In this document: positions 1 through 13,942 of the stretch, one piece after another | Layout: the number at the start of each line of letters is the position of its first letter | How positions within the stretch are numbered: position 1 is the stretch's first letter | Source of the DNA: Spironucleus salmonicida | Taxonomy: Eukaryota | Direction of reading: 5' to 3' | NCBI RefSeq assembly: GCF_000497125.1 | Contig: NC_090596.1 | Location: 620,001-684,000 of the forward strand | DNA length: 64,000 bases | Made by a program: the position numbers and the translations under genes | The notes under the pieces: model-generated | Database searches by the model: none | What the model saw: the letters and a program-made list of their open reading frames with translations, nothing else | What the model was told of the DNA's origin: nothing

Positions 1-441
1 AAGTGACTATTTTTACTACTCAGCATATATTTATCGAGCTGGAAGTTATACACGTGCTCTGTCTTTCATAATTTTTTTATATTATGATGCTATTTTTTAA
101 TCTATTTATAATAATCTGTTAATTTCTGTGGCATTTTAAAGCTCTGGATTAAGATCTCTAACTGTTTCAAGAGTTTTAAGTGAGTCTAATAATTTAGGCT
201 GTGCCACTGGCTCAAAAACAGTATCTGCCGTATTATCAGGTACGTAAACTTAGTTTTTATAATATTTAACAGCTAATGTTTCAGTAACTATATATGGGCG
301 CCTTGGAACTGGTTTTTAATTAGGTTTAACAGAGTTTTACCGAGAAAATGAGTAGTTAGATTTTGCAGATGATGGTGGCTATATAATAGTCCCGGAAACA
401 GTAAGTGATGGAGGTTCATTTGTTTATTTAAGCACTGACAT
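1..441 (-). CDS. hypothetical protein, 3' end runs off window
   Basis: With TAR=Gln the frame is open from ATG at 441 (MSVLKQTNEPPSLTVSG...) to the window edge. The ATG is preceded by TTCCGCAAA. An upstream in-frame ATG at 531 is possible. Confidence 0.65.
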
Positions 442-715
442 TTTGCGGAATATAGTAATATGTTTTGATATAAAAATATATTTAACAAATTTTTACGATT
501 AATATTATCTGCTTAATAATTTTAACATCATATTTATGCAAAATCTTATTGCTAATGTCTTTATACAGAGTATTATGACATTACTGTATGTATTATGATA
601 TCGTGTACCATATAATATTACAAATTTCAATAGTACTAATAAAGCATGTAATTTTAGCTTTTGAAACACCAAACTGTCAATTAATATTAATTTATACGTA
701 AAATAAACAAGTTAC

Positions 716-1318
716 TCATTTACCTGGATTTTCTTCTAATTTAAACTCTTTCTTATTTAGTCTCTCCCAATCCTTAACTATAGCCAAATAACTAAATTAT
801 CTTTCTTATAATTAATATTTTTCACCCTACAAAGACTATTATATATCATCAGCAGTTTATTCGGTCCATGATGATTTAATTTTTTCTTTCTTTTTCATTT
901 CAACACCTGAAATCGCATACTTAAATGAAAGATTACCAGATTTTGTTAATATATCTATAGGTAATTGCTACGATTTGATAGGCTAAGGACTTTCAACAGA
1001 ATATAATTTTTTAGGTCTCGCTAAAAAAACCGGTAGAATACTTTAATTTTACGTTTTTACCAAATTAACAGGAATTGAATGAATAAAAATTTAGCTATCC
1101 TCTTTTAGTTTTGAATTAATACGCTTACTGGACTTAAAATACGCAGTCGGTTTCACTAACTAACTGAATGATATTTACGACCTACTCAACTCATTACACT
1201 TAACCGCAGCGGAATACTTAGCAGTAGGGGTGAACGAACTTCTAATCCATTCAGAGTTGTTATCTGGTATAAGCCGTTTTGGAAACAGCTCTGCTAACAG
1301 TATCTCATTTCGCTGCAT
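716..1318 (-). CDS. hypothetical protein (200 aa)
   Basis: ATG at 1318 (MQRNEILLAELFPKRLIPDNNSEW...) is in frame with TGA at 716-718 under TAR=Gln. Confidence 0.65.
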
Positions 1319-1440
1319 TTCCAGCAGAAAAATAAAATTGATTATGCTTTTTACTACATATAGTATAAATTTTAAAATATTTTTATGTACAACAAATTTT
1401 ATCTATAATCAACTTTCAATCACAAAAACGATCGCAAATC

Positions 1441-3150
1441 TCACTTTTTAATACTAACGCCCTTGATCCTCTGCGCAAATTTAAGCGTGTTCATGCTCTC
1501 GTTGTAACAGTCCGATTCCTCGTTCAGGCAGACGATCATGACAGCCTTGGAATCGCCCTAAAAGTACTCCTGCAAAACGGTCGTGAGCTTCGAATCCCTA
1601 AAGTTGATGTGAGGACTCTTGCTGCTCAGGGCGACGAAAACGTTGCTGAGGCTCGAGAGGCTCATGTTGATAAAAATAGATTCCTGTTTGCGCTGTGCGT
1701 CCAAATTCGTGTTTTGGACCTGCTCAGAACCGGCCAAATCGACCAAAGTGAGACTTCCCTTGACCGGTTTTTCGTTGATGATTTGGGCTACGTGGACCGT
1801 AAAAATCGCATGCGAGCGCGACGAAACGTCGTTCAGAATCGTACTGGAAGTCCTCCGTTTCGACATTGTAACTTGGACCAAATCGAGCAGTTCTGAGCTC
1901 TCTTTGATCTCGATTTCCGATAGCCCAATGATCGAAACCTAGTCCTTTATCGTCTGTACTTTGCACTCTTTGGGCTGATTTTCGATTTGCGAGCTTTTGA
2001 GGTCGCTGCCGAGCAAATCGAACACCTTATCGTTGTAGATTTCGTAAAATGAGACCGTGATCTAGACGCCTTTTAACATGCTCACGCCCAGCTGCTCGAA
2101 AAGGTAATTAATCGATCTGGGCATCAAACCGGCCTGCTCACCTTCGTTTCCGAACATTGTATGCGTTTTCCCGCTCCCAGACTGCCCATATGCGATAAAA
2201 AGGATCTTATGGCCGGAAAACACCTGCTGTACGAGCGGCTGGTACTCGCTGAAAACGTCGTATTGCTCTTCTTTTTGGTTGAAAACTCTGTCGAAATAGT
2301 AGTTCACGAATTTGTTATTGTCTTTGCCGTCGACGCTCTTGTTGCCCTGGCTGAAAATTTGCATATTTTTCTTGAAAGTCGCAAAATCTGGAAAGTTTGT
2401 ACGTATTTTTTCACTTTTTGCCACCGGCCGGACTCGAACTGCCACCCGAATCTTTCCTTTTAAGTCCTAAATGTGGTAGGAAAGTTCGCGATTTTCCGCC
2501 AGAATCGCTGCCATTTTAGCCTCAATTTGGGCCTTTTCAGCGTTATAATTGTTGATTTCGGCCTGCGACAGGTTGTTCAGCTGGTTAAGGGCGTCAAAAC
2601 GGTGTTTTAGATCGTCGAAATTCGACTGAAGTTGGGCGTAAGAAGTTTGGTTTTCGGTGTACGTGGAAGACGTTGCCTGGAGCTGCGTCGTCAGCTGGGT
2701 GATAATGACGTCCTTTTCAGTGATGTCAGAGCGGGCCTGGTTGAGCTGGTTAGCTAAGAGGTGAAATTCTGTCTCCTGCTGCTGGATTTTGATTCTGGCA
2801 TCTGTATCGATTACGGTGGACGGTTTTTGTTGTTTTAGCTCTTTTATCATATCTAAGAGGGCTTCGCGATCTTTTGAGAGGGACGACACTTGCTCTGAAA
2901 GAGCCATTAGTGTTTTGTTCATTTGGAGGTCATTGTTAGACTGTTTATCTAGGAGTTGTGCGATGAGGTTGGTATCCAGTGAGCCTTAGGTGGGTTTACC
3001 TAAAAGCTAGTTTGCCTTTCTAAATTTAGACTAAACGGCCAATTTATCTTTCGTTAGGATCGGTTGGTTCTTCATAACTACTGGCGATGGGCGATCCTCG
3101 GATAAAGCTTGGTTGATTCGCTTGGCTGTCGGTGTTGTGAACTTCTCCAT
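1441..3150 (-). CDS. C-terminal motor kinesin (kinesin-14-like), 569 aa
   Basis: Joins same-frame track fragments 2467-2922, 2062-2445 and 1558-1881. N-terminal coiled coil followed by motor motifs VAVRVRP, YGQSGSGKT, SSRSH, VDLAGSE and HINFRDSKLT. Confidence 0.93.
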
Positions 3151-3538
3151 TTAAAATTTTTGGAAAGCAAACTTTATAAATTATAAATATTATATAATAT
3201 TAAAGAATTATATTTGAATATTTTTTACATATTGATATTTATGTGTTTATCGTGGAATAATATGTTTTTGATGAAAAAATATATTAAATTTAATAGTTAT
3301 AATTAATACAGTAATCTGAATTTGCAATTTTATTAGTATTTTGCATATCTATAGATTAAATAAACGAAATTTCCACATCAATAATCTTTCTTGATTAGTA
3401 ATAACAAAATTTATCTAATTGAAATATTTTAGTTAATTTCAGCTTTTATTAGCCAGGAAATTCTTTTAAGTTAAATCTGATAGATTTAAATAGTATATTA
3501 ATAATATATTATTATTAGCTTTTAGTTTACTAAATTAA

Positions 3539-4525
3539 ATGAAAGCACTATATTATCATATTACTTAAATTTTTAACCCATCATTAGAAGACTTACCAAA
3601 AATAAGATCCATACTCAATGAATTTACAAATCAGAAGCAATCCAACTAAACTCTGTCTCATAACCTTTCACTTCTAAAAAATACTGAAAATCCGCTTTTA
3701 CCCTTCCATGTATTCGCATAAAACTTCTCTTTCTTTGCTAATGATTATGAAATCTTAATTTAAAATTTTTTGTCTAAGTATTAGATGTAATTCTAATTCT
3801 CATTCCGCAATTTATCAAAATAACTTTCTTAACATCATTTTTTCTCTTAGGATGAAATTTTTGAAGTTTTAATTGCATTAGCAGAGCATAATGAACTTAG
3901 AACCACTGATGATATTTTTGCATAAAGTAACTAATTTTTTGCAATTTTAGGAACTAGAAACTGTGTTTCTGAAGCAAAATTTGCTGAATTTTTAATTAGC
4001 TCAAATATTACCGAAGCTGGTATTGAAAATTTAAGCTTAAAGCTTTAAAAACTGAGGAAAACTTTTGGAAATCCATTATAACTAGCTATTAAAAATATTC
4101 CAGAAATAACTGGAAGTGTGAAAGACTTCTTAGTAAACGAAAGTTATATAGCCAGGTACAACTTAAAATTTGATTAACTCATGGTCGAGGCACTTAAAAA
4201 AGAGTTGAAACGACTAAAATTAACTTCTGAAGGTGTTATTTAATTTGTGTTAAATTTGAAAGAAGTATATGAGAAAATGATTTAAAATTGTGGCGAAATG
4301 GAAATAAATGTTATTGAAAATGGAGATATTTAGAGTATTTTTAATATTGATAGGTTAATCTTAGATGCGGATTGGGAGGAAATTGATTTAGGTTTACATG
4401 AAAATTAATTTGATCTAGTCTAATCTGGTAACGCTTCTGATCAGAACGAGATATTATTTTAACATAACGATGATATTTGTATAAGTAACTTGGAAAAGTA
4501 ACTTAGATTGATGAAGAAAAAATGA
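3539..4525 (+). CDS. hypothetical protein (328 aa)
   Basis: ATG 3539 (MKALYYHITQIFNPSLEDLPKIRS...) is in frame with TGA 4523-4525. Confidence 0.65.
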
Positions 4526-5084
4526 ATAAGTGAATAACTTATAGTTTGAATTTTTAAAATAGTACTAGGATGATATATTTCTAATTATTATTTAGTTTCA
4601 ATATATATTAAAAAGATAAATCCAACTCAAGCATTATATATGTAGTTTATATAGACAACTTAATTATCTGCTAATTTATTTCCTGAAGAAATGTGTTAAT
4701 AAACGAACATCAAATAAACAAAGTAAACTTAAATTTATATAAATAAAAAGATTAGACATTATCGAATAGTATATAGTAATTCATTACTCTACTTCTTAAA
4801 ATTCTTACCTAATAAATATTATTTGTCTTTCATATTTTTTTCATTTTACCTGTAATATTTATTAGGAACAAAATTAATCTTAATCTTAAAGTAGAGTTAA
4901 TAAAAATATTTAATACTACTGTTATTTATATGTAATATTTAAATATTTGCATTTATTTTTATAATTACCAAATATAAATTAATATTATGTTTACTTAAAA
5001 AAAACCTATAATTTAGATTCTAAATAATCTAAACTATTATTCATGAGATTTTCTAATCTATCTCAAATATCTACTTTCCTTTAA

Positions 5085-7292
5085 ATGAAAGTTAAAAATC
5101 ATGACTATAAGTAAACATCACATTTACAATTGAATTAGATAGAAGAGCCGCCTTTAGATAAAACATATCCATAGAATTTTATCAATTCATTATTGCGCAA
5201 TGGTGACAAAAAATTTTTATCATATAGATCTGGTATCTCAACAGTTGCTACAGAAATTAATGATGTGTACAAATCTATTACTTATAATTAATCTACTTAT
5301 TACATTTAATAGATAGTAAATTAATTAAAGGAGCTTTATTTTACTCATGGTGACAGAGTTGGTATTTATGCTAAAAACTCACCTTTGTGGCTTTTGTGCG
5401 ATATTGCTATTCAGTTTTCCAATGGTATATCTGTACCAATTTATGATACTTTAGGAGTAGATAATATAAAATACTGTCTTAACTTGGTAGGTTGTAAATA
5501 TATTTTTGTTTCAAGTGAATATTCTAGCAATATTGTTGGTATGTTAGATATCCTTCCAAATTTAGAATATGTTATTCTGCTTGACCCCGTTTCTAATTTA
5601 GAAGTATTTTGCAGAAATGCTACAAAAGTTGCTCTTCACTTTGAAGAAGGATATGAGCTTATTGATGATACTAAATCACTTTATACTATTCACAGCAAAG
5701 CTGGTGAAGCTAATCTTGAAGAAGATGAAGAAATAGAAGTCAAATCATAAAGTGCGGTATATGAGCTTATGATGGTTGGTAATAGGCTTATTAATGATAA
5801 ATAAGTTTTTATCAGGTAGATATCTCTTCCTAAAGAAGAAGATTGTGTAGACAAAATTGTGTTAGAACTTCCTAAAAGCCAAAATTATGATTAGCCTTCT
5901 TCTGTTATTTTCACCTCTGGAACTTCAGGATTCCCTAAAGCCACAGTTTTAAATCATACAAATACATTTGCTGGTGGAGCTACATTAGGTAGATAATTTA
6001 TACCTTATTCTATCTCAGATGCTAACACTTAATCCTCAATGCTTTCATATCTTCCTCTTGCTCACGTTTTTGAGAGAGCAATGGAGCATACTATTGCTTA
6101 TAGAGGATATAACATTTATTATTCATCTGGTAATATCAAAAACCTTACTACAGATTTAAAATTGGCATAGCCCACTGTTTTCATTGGAGTTCCACGTGTA
6201 TATCAAAAAATTTATGACGCAATTACTCTAAAAATATAGAAATCTTCACTCCCTGTAAAACTAGTTTTCAACCTGGCGTACAAGATAAAATCGCTCTTAC
6301 TAACATCTCCTGCTTTTCATAAAACCGGAAAGCTTTCAGTAGTAGATAAAGTTGCTTTCAAAAAGATTCACGAAGCTCTAGGTGGGAAGGTTGAATTCAT
6401 AGTTTGTGGTTCTTCTTCGCTCCGCCCAGAAGTAGAAAAGTTTCTTCAGGTTTGCTCATGTGCTCGTCTTTCGAATGGCTATGGGATGACCGAAATATCG
6501 AGCGCTGGTCTTTATAACTACTGTGGTTAGTTTATGAATAATCCAGGATAACTTGGATTTGCGGCATATGATGTCGATGCCAAAATTACAAATTGCGACT
6601 AATGCGAATTCTCACTCGAGAAGGACCACATTGGTGAACTTTGTATTAAAGGATCCTGTGTAGCAATGGGTTATGTAGACGAGAAATGGGGTAATATCGT
6701 AGATTTTAGAGACAGCGATGGATACTTCCATACTGGTGATTTGTGTAAAATGAACAATGATGGTAGTGCTAGCTTCGTACGCAGGGTTAATTTGGTCGTA
6801 AAATTGTAGCACGGGGAATTCGTAGATCTGGCTGCTTTGGAAAATATTCTGGAGAGCGCACCCTTCGTTGTCACTGCATTTGTACATGCTAGCGCCAGCA
6901 GAGCAGCACCAGTAGCCATTCTAAGCGTCGATAGCAAGGTCTGCTTTGAGAAATTTGGAACTGATAATATTGAAAAATTAGAAGAATTAATCGAAATTGA
7001 GGGCGAAAAAATTATAAAAGCCAGTGGAATGAAAGGATTTAATGTGCCTAGAGCGTATAAGATCTATTTAGACGTTGACTGGACTGTCGATAGGGATCTC
7101 TTCACCCCCAGTTAGAAGAAGCAGCATATTAATTTCAGGAAAAGATTCGCTAGCGAACTAGATGGATTGTTAGCTCGCTGCGATAAGGGTTCAAGACATG
7201 TAGAAAATGTTAAATTGGGATTTAACTCTACAGTTTTTGCTGTTGGTCTAATATTTACATTAATCTCAGCTGTTTTAATTATGAAAAAGTGA
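5085..7292 (+). CDS. long-chain fatty acyl-CoA synthetase, copy 1 (735 aa)
   Basis: AMP-binding motifs FTSGTSGFPK, SYLPLAHVFER, GYGMTE and GYFHTGD. Aligns end to end with the paralog at 29583-31787. Confidence 0.93.
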
Positions 7293-7327
7293 TCGTTATA
7301 ATAACAATAATATTATCACTAAAACTA

Positions 7328-10300
7328 TCAAACTCTCCACTAGCTACTAGTTTATAGAACTCTTCCTACAGGGTCGCGACCTCTTGGGACTGTTATAATT
7401 CCTTTAAGGCAAAGGATCACAATAACTATTACTATTATTACAATTAAAATAAAAACCACAATTAAAATAATTGCCCAACTAGGAATTAAAAGACCATTTC
7501 CTAAAATAGCTGCAAAATTGACAATTTATATCCGAGCATACTCGATCTAATTACATTAACAAGTCAACATTCCTTGTTATGCAACATTCGTACAGTTTAA
7601 AGTTTAAAGTGGAGTAACAATCTAACACCCATAATTTGAATTTATTATAGCATTTTGAACTACAACATGTACATCGCCATCCGTAAAATGCATTTAATTA
7701 CCTTATTAAATTCCAAATTAACCTTTTTCTATACAAGTAGAAATACCATTAATAGTATGAAAAATACTTGCCTACACAATATTTCCATTCAATGTAAAAT
7801 CTTATAAGCTTTATTACTCACACTAATTTGCTGGGTTAGAAGTCAGCATTAGTTAATTCGTTCCACTCTTATATAATTATTTTATTTTTAACCCCATTGG
7901 TAATGAGAATTCATTGAAAATTTGTTATTATTTATAAATTACATCCTAAATAGCATTAAAAATTGCTGTAGTATTAAAAATTGATAGAATTTATGAGAAT
8001 TATAAAAATAAATTCGTTGAAATAAACCCAGTAGGAGATTAAATTTTATTAAAATTAGTAGCTAAATCTACCTAAAACTATGCTTAAATCAAGTTTCTAT
8101 CAGAAGTACGTAAGAAATTCAATAATTCAATTGCTTTTGTTGAATATGGGAAAAGTATAGAGCAATTGGATTTCTAAGCAGTAAGACATAAGATATACTA
8201 ATTAAAAACAATATTAGCTAGCTATTGATTTCCTTGAAGGGAATTTATGACATTATTTCGCATAACAATTGGCATTTAGTCGTAGCTTTATTATGAAGGT
8301 ATCGCTACTGCATTTCTTACATCAATTAATAAAACCCCAGTATCACACTATTAAATAGTATTGCAAACCATTATTCTAGCTTCACCTTCTTTCTAAACAA
8401 CACTTGCAGCAGTTTGATTAACACTAATATGCATTGGAGAAAATCCAGGGCATACTCCTAATAAATTGGAAAATGTTGAAGTTTAACCTGAGGCTGAACC
8501 AAATGTCATTTTACAGGTAGCTGCTGCCCCTTCTACCAAATTTTTATTTAAATTAATGGTAACTAATGCAGTTCCAGTTACCACTGCACCAGCTGACGCT
8601 GCGAAGCTTAAATCAATTGACGCAGGTAGCACTGCACAAGTAGCTGCATTTTCAAACTCTGAATAAAATGTTTAGTTTTAAATAAAAAACTTAGCCAATA
8701 AATTACATGTTGCGGTTATTTTAATAGTAAATTAAAGTGGATCTAATACTGTTGCTGTAGGAATTGGACTTGTTAATGATATTAAATTACTTGATGGAGA
8801 TAAAGAATACTTTTAGTATGAGTATGTTGAAAAAATAGTTTAGTAAAAGAAAAATAAGGTTGATTTCTTAATGGTTATTTATTCCAGAGAAGTTAATACT
8901 AAATCAATATCACACATATCTTAATAATTAATTTACAGTGTATATACTCCAGAAACTAATAAAGGAGATAAAATATTAATTGAAAATGTTGATGGTGATT
9001 ACTAAGTTAGTTAAACAAGAATATTTTATTTAGCTAATGAAACTTAAATATTTTTAACATTTTACGATTAAACAGTAACTATTAAGTCAGCATTGGTACA
9101 AACCGTTTCGGTACACGTCATTTTATCTTAATTTTAAATAGAAAAAGCTAACGACGGAATTTGGATATTGTAATTTTGAGATGGGTAAAATTTATTAAAT
9201 CTAGTCGTTAAGCTAACACTTTTTATTAAGGTACTTACAGCAGTAACCTAAACTTCATGAAAATGATCCTACTTGTTCGGAACAAATATGCCATTTTCAC
9301 AAACTTAGACTCCTTATACATCTTAGTTTGTAAAATCTACCCAAGGATCGGCAAATAGTGCAAAAATTGGTTTTGCTAGCGCAGCTCCATTTAATAAAAA
9401 TTCAGTTTTATTGAGCTACATAAGTTTAGATAAATTAGAGCTTTAAGAATTGATAAAAAATTAAGGAGAATTCAGAGTAACCTAAAATTTTGTTTATGCA
9501 CATGTACATAGACCAGCTCCGACTGTTAATGGAACTTAAGAATTTATGAAATCACAAGGAACTGCTAGTAAAGCAGCTGTATTACAAGGAGCAACTGCAG
9601 CGAAAGCTAGAGTTGGAACGATTGTTAAATCAAAATTTTAGAGTGATTGTATAGTATCAAATTTTATATTAGTTCCTAAAATAATTATAGGAACTTAAAA
9701 AATTCCAACTACTTACGATGACATTATAAGAGTATTATTGCATAAAGAATTAGAAGGAAATATAAGAGAATATTCACCTTCTGGTGCAGTTGACATAGTG
9801 GCAAATGTAAGATTTAATATTTTGGTTGTTTAATTGTAACTGATAGTAGTAGCTGGAATAGCAAAACCTCTATTTTATAACGAATATTTAGATAACGTTA
9901 AATCAACTATTTAAAATTCTTGCATATTTGCTGATAATACAAACTAATAATTATCATACAACAATGGTTCATTAAAAACTAAAACTGCATTTTACGCAGC
10001 TATTTCAAAGGTTTCTCTAAAAGTAGTTCTAAAGCAGCCTAAATATGAAGCTGTATATTTAGATACTCCCGCAACAACATTTACTTCAATATTGGGGTTA
10101 TTTTAAATAGCACCACCTACAACAGGCTTAAAAGTACACTGATATGCGTTTGAGATTGTAATAGTTTAAGTAATTGAAGCAAGTGATATAGGTGGTGAAA
10201 AACAGAAAATGTTAACATTCATATTCGTATTGTTCGGTGTATTTGTAAGTGTGAACTAACTTTTGCTAATAAATAAGAACTATGTAAGATTCTTTCTAAT

Positions 10301-11371
10301 AATATCGCTTAAATCAATATTAACAATACTATTCTCCGTAATTAAATATTATCCTGAAAACTGGATATTTAATTATTCAATTACTGGATTATATACGCAT
10401 CTGCTAGTATCTAAAGTATCAATACCATTAGAAAAAACTAATAAATTACATATATTTTAAATTGCAGTAAAGTTTTTAGACATACTTAGGAATGTTGATG
10501 TAATTTAACATACTTATGTTTAAACGTTACAAGTTATAGGAGCAGTATTTTAAAACTCAATAAACTTTAAATTTTGTATAACTAAAGGATTTGAATTTAT
10601 ATAACTATGGTCACAACTATCTTTAAAGACTCCTTAGAACTAATAAACACCTAGTGGTTTAATAGGAATCAATAAAGAAGAAGCAGTAAGTGCACCATCA
10701 GTAAAACTTTGAATAGTAGTAGATTATAGAGTATAAGAAGTTAGTAACACATTTTAGAATATACCAGGAATCTAGATTGACATTGATTGATTATTAACAA
10801 TTAACTCAGTATTAATTTAAAAATTAGGTCGTAAAATATTTGTAGTAGCCACTGAATAGACTTACCGAACTCCAAAACATGTAATAAATTATATATCTGC
10901 AGCAGTTTCTTGAGTTAAAAATGGTCTACAATTTCCATTATTTGAAAAATTCCCTGAATACAAAGTGCTTGTGATTTTTCCACAAAATCTTTGTAAAACT
11001 GGAATTTATGGAGGAGCTGTAAATTCTATGTTAAAAGTTTAATCTGGAGGGTTTGAATACTTCAATTAAACTAATGCAACATCAAATATGTAAATAAAAT
11101 TTTACCCCGTACCATCAAAAGAAAATGTGCAATCTAAGTTGCCACTAAAAGAATCATATGAACATTAACAATAATTTTTTCGTTATAAGTCGATAGAAAA
11201 GAAGCTCGTTTCGGGAGCTGGTAAACCAGAAGCTTTAAGTACAGGATGTAATGAACTACATAAATTTATAACACTAAATGTTAAACCAGTCGCTAAAACT
11301 TATGTTCCAGTTGATTTACAGGTCTAATCATTGCATTCTATTGCAAATACTTGTAATGTAATAATCATCAT
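7328..11371 (-). CDS. large type I membrane/surface protein (about 1347 aa)
   Basis: Starts MMIITLQVFAIECNDQTC (short signal-like N-terminus). The ectodomain is rich in Cys/Thr/Asn. A C-terminal hydrophobic run WAIILIVVFILIVIIVIVIVILC precedes a short basic tail, and TGA at 7328-7330 is in frame. Confidence 0.75.
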
Positions 11372-11547
11372 TTATAATTTGGAATTTTAGAATTATATAA
11401 TATTATTATAAAATATTACTAAACTATATTTATCCTACTAAATCAAAGTGATATTTTATAAAATTATACTATAGATAATCAAATCTAAATTTAACTATAT
11501 ATTTTTATAAGTATAATATAAGAGTAACTCCCTTTTATTTTATTCTA

Positions 11548-11904
11548 ATGCCTAACTATGAATCATGCTATAAGATATTTTACTCTAAATTTTACCGCCC
11601 CTTAGCCGATCAAAAACAGACCAAGCAAAAGACGAGGACCTCATTCTTAGGATATGAAGTAAAACAGTCCGTGAATGAGTAATATCCCGTGCCACCACTG
11701 CCAGAGCTACACTCCACGAAAGCGAGGACGAGTAATAATATGGCAAGACACGAATTAGACGCCATCATTGATGAATTCGAGGCGACATCTGCGATTGGCA
11801 GAAGCCAGGAGCTGTACGAGATGAAAGTTACGAAGTTGAGGCAGTCGAGCGACGTGCGGAAGAGCCAGTTCCAGAGCAAGCGCCTGAGCTTGGGTGAGAT
11901 GTGA
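11548..11904 (+). CDS. hypothetical protein (118 aa) convergent with H3, part of duplicated cassette
   Basis: MPNYESCYKIFYSKFYRPLADQ...SKRLSLGEM*. Extends track ORF 11689-11904 through a TAA read as Gln. Confidence 0.55.
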
Positions 11905-12099
11905 CAGTCACTAAAATAGTTGGTTCGCTCTGCGGGTGGTGTGCCGGATCTGGCCGAGTACACGCCCGCCTAGGTAACTGGGGTATTGGTTCCGGGCACA
12001 AACCACGATATAGGCACGGCCCACCCCTATTGACACCTTCCTGGTTGGGCACACCAGCTACGCTCCTGAGTGATATATACATCCTATGAAATACAAAGC

Positions 12100-12531
12100 T
12101 CACTTCTTGTGGTCGGGCTGGGCGCGCTTGCCGATCCGGGTGGCGAGCTCCATGTCGGGCTGCATGATGGTGACGCGCTTGGCGTGCTCGGCGCACATCT
12201 GCGTGTCGACGAAGAGGTTGATGAGGTAGTTCTCGGAGGCCTCCTGCAGCGCCTGGATGGCGAGGCCCTGGAAGCGGACGTCGTTCTTGTTGTAGTTCGT
12301 GACGAGCTCACGCACGAGCTTGGAGAAGGGCAGCTTGCGGATCAGGAGCTCGGTGGACTTCTGGTACTTCTTGATCTCGCGCGTGGCGACCGCGCCCTGC
12401 TTGGACCTGCGTGTCTTCTTCACGCCCCCGGCGGTGCCAGCGGTCTTGCGGGCCGCCTTCCGGGCGATGGTCTTCCGGGGGGCCTTGGTGGCGGAGGTGG
12501 ACTTCCTTGCGGTGTGCTTCGTGCGGGCCAT
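12100..12531 (-). CDS. H3: histone H3, copy A
   Basis: [12 protein letters not shown]...[18 protein letters not shown]...HAKRVTIM, a diplomonad-type H3 with a C-terminal extension. Confidence 0.98.
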   Translation of the reverse strand: MARTKHTARKSTSATKAPRKTIARKAARKTAGTAGGVKKTRRSKQGAVATREIKKYQKSTELLIRKLPFSKLVRELVTNYNKNDVRFQGLAIQALQEASENYLINLFVDTQMCAEHAKRVTIMQPDMELATRIGKRAQPDHKK

Positions 12532-12810
12532 TTTTGAAGGAGGGAACCGGGCCGGAGCGGCGCCGGCGCGCGAAACCAGCTATCTAAAAATATAGAGTTA
12601 AATAATTTATTTTATTTTATTCCTTCTATAATACAACATTTTATGCCCACCTACAAAAATATATAGTATTGTTTGTTCATATAACATATAAAACTAACAT
12701 TTTCAATATACTTTTTTATCTATAAATTTTATTTCGTATAACAATATTAAATCTAAACTGAAATGAAACTATTTCATAGTATTATATAATAATAGTATTG
12801 AGTATAAAAG

Positions 12811-13269
12811 ATGTCACTATATCTAGCTGCTGGGTGTTTTTGGGGAGTTTAATAATAAATTGATTTATTAGAGGAAATTTTAGAATCACAAACTGGATAT
12901 GCAAACTCAGCTACAGCTAACCCAACATATCAATAGGTAAGTACTAGGAAAAATATTGCAACTGAATGTGTACATGTACAGTATAACCGTTCAGAAAAGG
13001 TATTATTTAAGATTTTATATGCATATTTTAAGATATTAGGAAGACGAATTTTACATCAGAAGCCTCTATAATACAAAAATGCAATATTTGTTATTACAGA
13101 GCAGGATTAATAATTGGTAAATCAAGTTTTCAATTAAATAAAATTACAGTATTAATAGCCGTTGTACTTTGAATGTTCTTTACTAAAGAATTTCTGTTTG
13201 GCAGAAGACATGCACTAAAAGTATTATCAGAAGAAGGATATGCAATGTTTATGTACTGAAGAGAAATGA
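12811..13269 (+). CDS. msrA: peptide methionine sulfoxide reductase A (152 aa)
   Basis: Contains LAAGCFWGVQ, TGYAN..NPTYQQV, ECVHVQY and LAEDMHQKYY motifs. Confidence 0.92.
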
Positions 13270-13942
13270 TTATATACATAAATAATTTATTTTCCCAAAT
13301 TATTTTAATAAGTTTTATTTATAAATTAACCAGATTTTTAATTGAATAATTTGATCTATAAAATTTACAGGAAGTTACATTATTTTACAAAATAAATCAT
13401 AAAATTTACTCTTAACTTAACTATTCTATCCTAGTATCCTTCAGCAATTAAATTTATTTAATTATATCATCAATAACAAGACATATTATATTTTTCTATT
13501 CAATAGATAATAATTTACAATAAGACTAAAAAAAGTTACTGCAAACTATTTTAATAGAATTAGTCAGTTATTTTTTAAAAGACTTGTATATGAATAAAGT
13601 TTTGTTAATCTTATAATATAACTAGACAACTAAGTATTATTTACTAAAAGTATAATAAATATTCTATAATCTGCAATAAATAAATTAAATTCGTAAATCA
13701 CTAAAACCATATCTTAAAACATATTTGATAACAAAATCAATTATGAATACAAATTATTTGATTAATTTTTCTTATAGAACAGTGTTACTTCAATTAATAA
13801 TAATTATTCCTTTTATCTTCAAATACAGTAAATATTCTTATTAATGTCAAACGCAAATATTACAATAATAATAATTTAATAGTAAATATTTTTAAAAAGG
13901 AAAATAAGAAGCATATATAATTATAATCTTTTCTTTTCAAAA

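Larger units (their letters stand above)
11548..12584. repeat. about 1.0 kb inverted duplicate of 36512-37547 (H3 plus downstream block)
   Basis: Near-identical reverse-complement sequence, with mirrored ORFs in the track. Confidence 0.95.
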
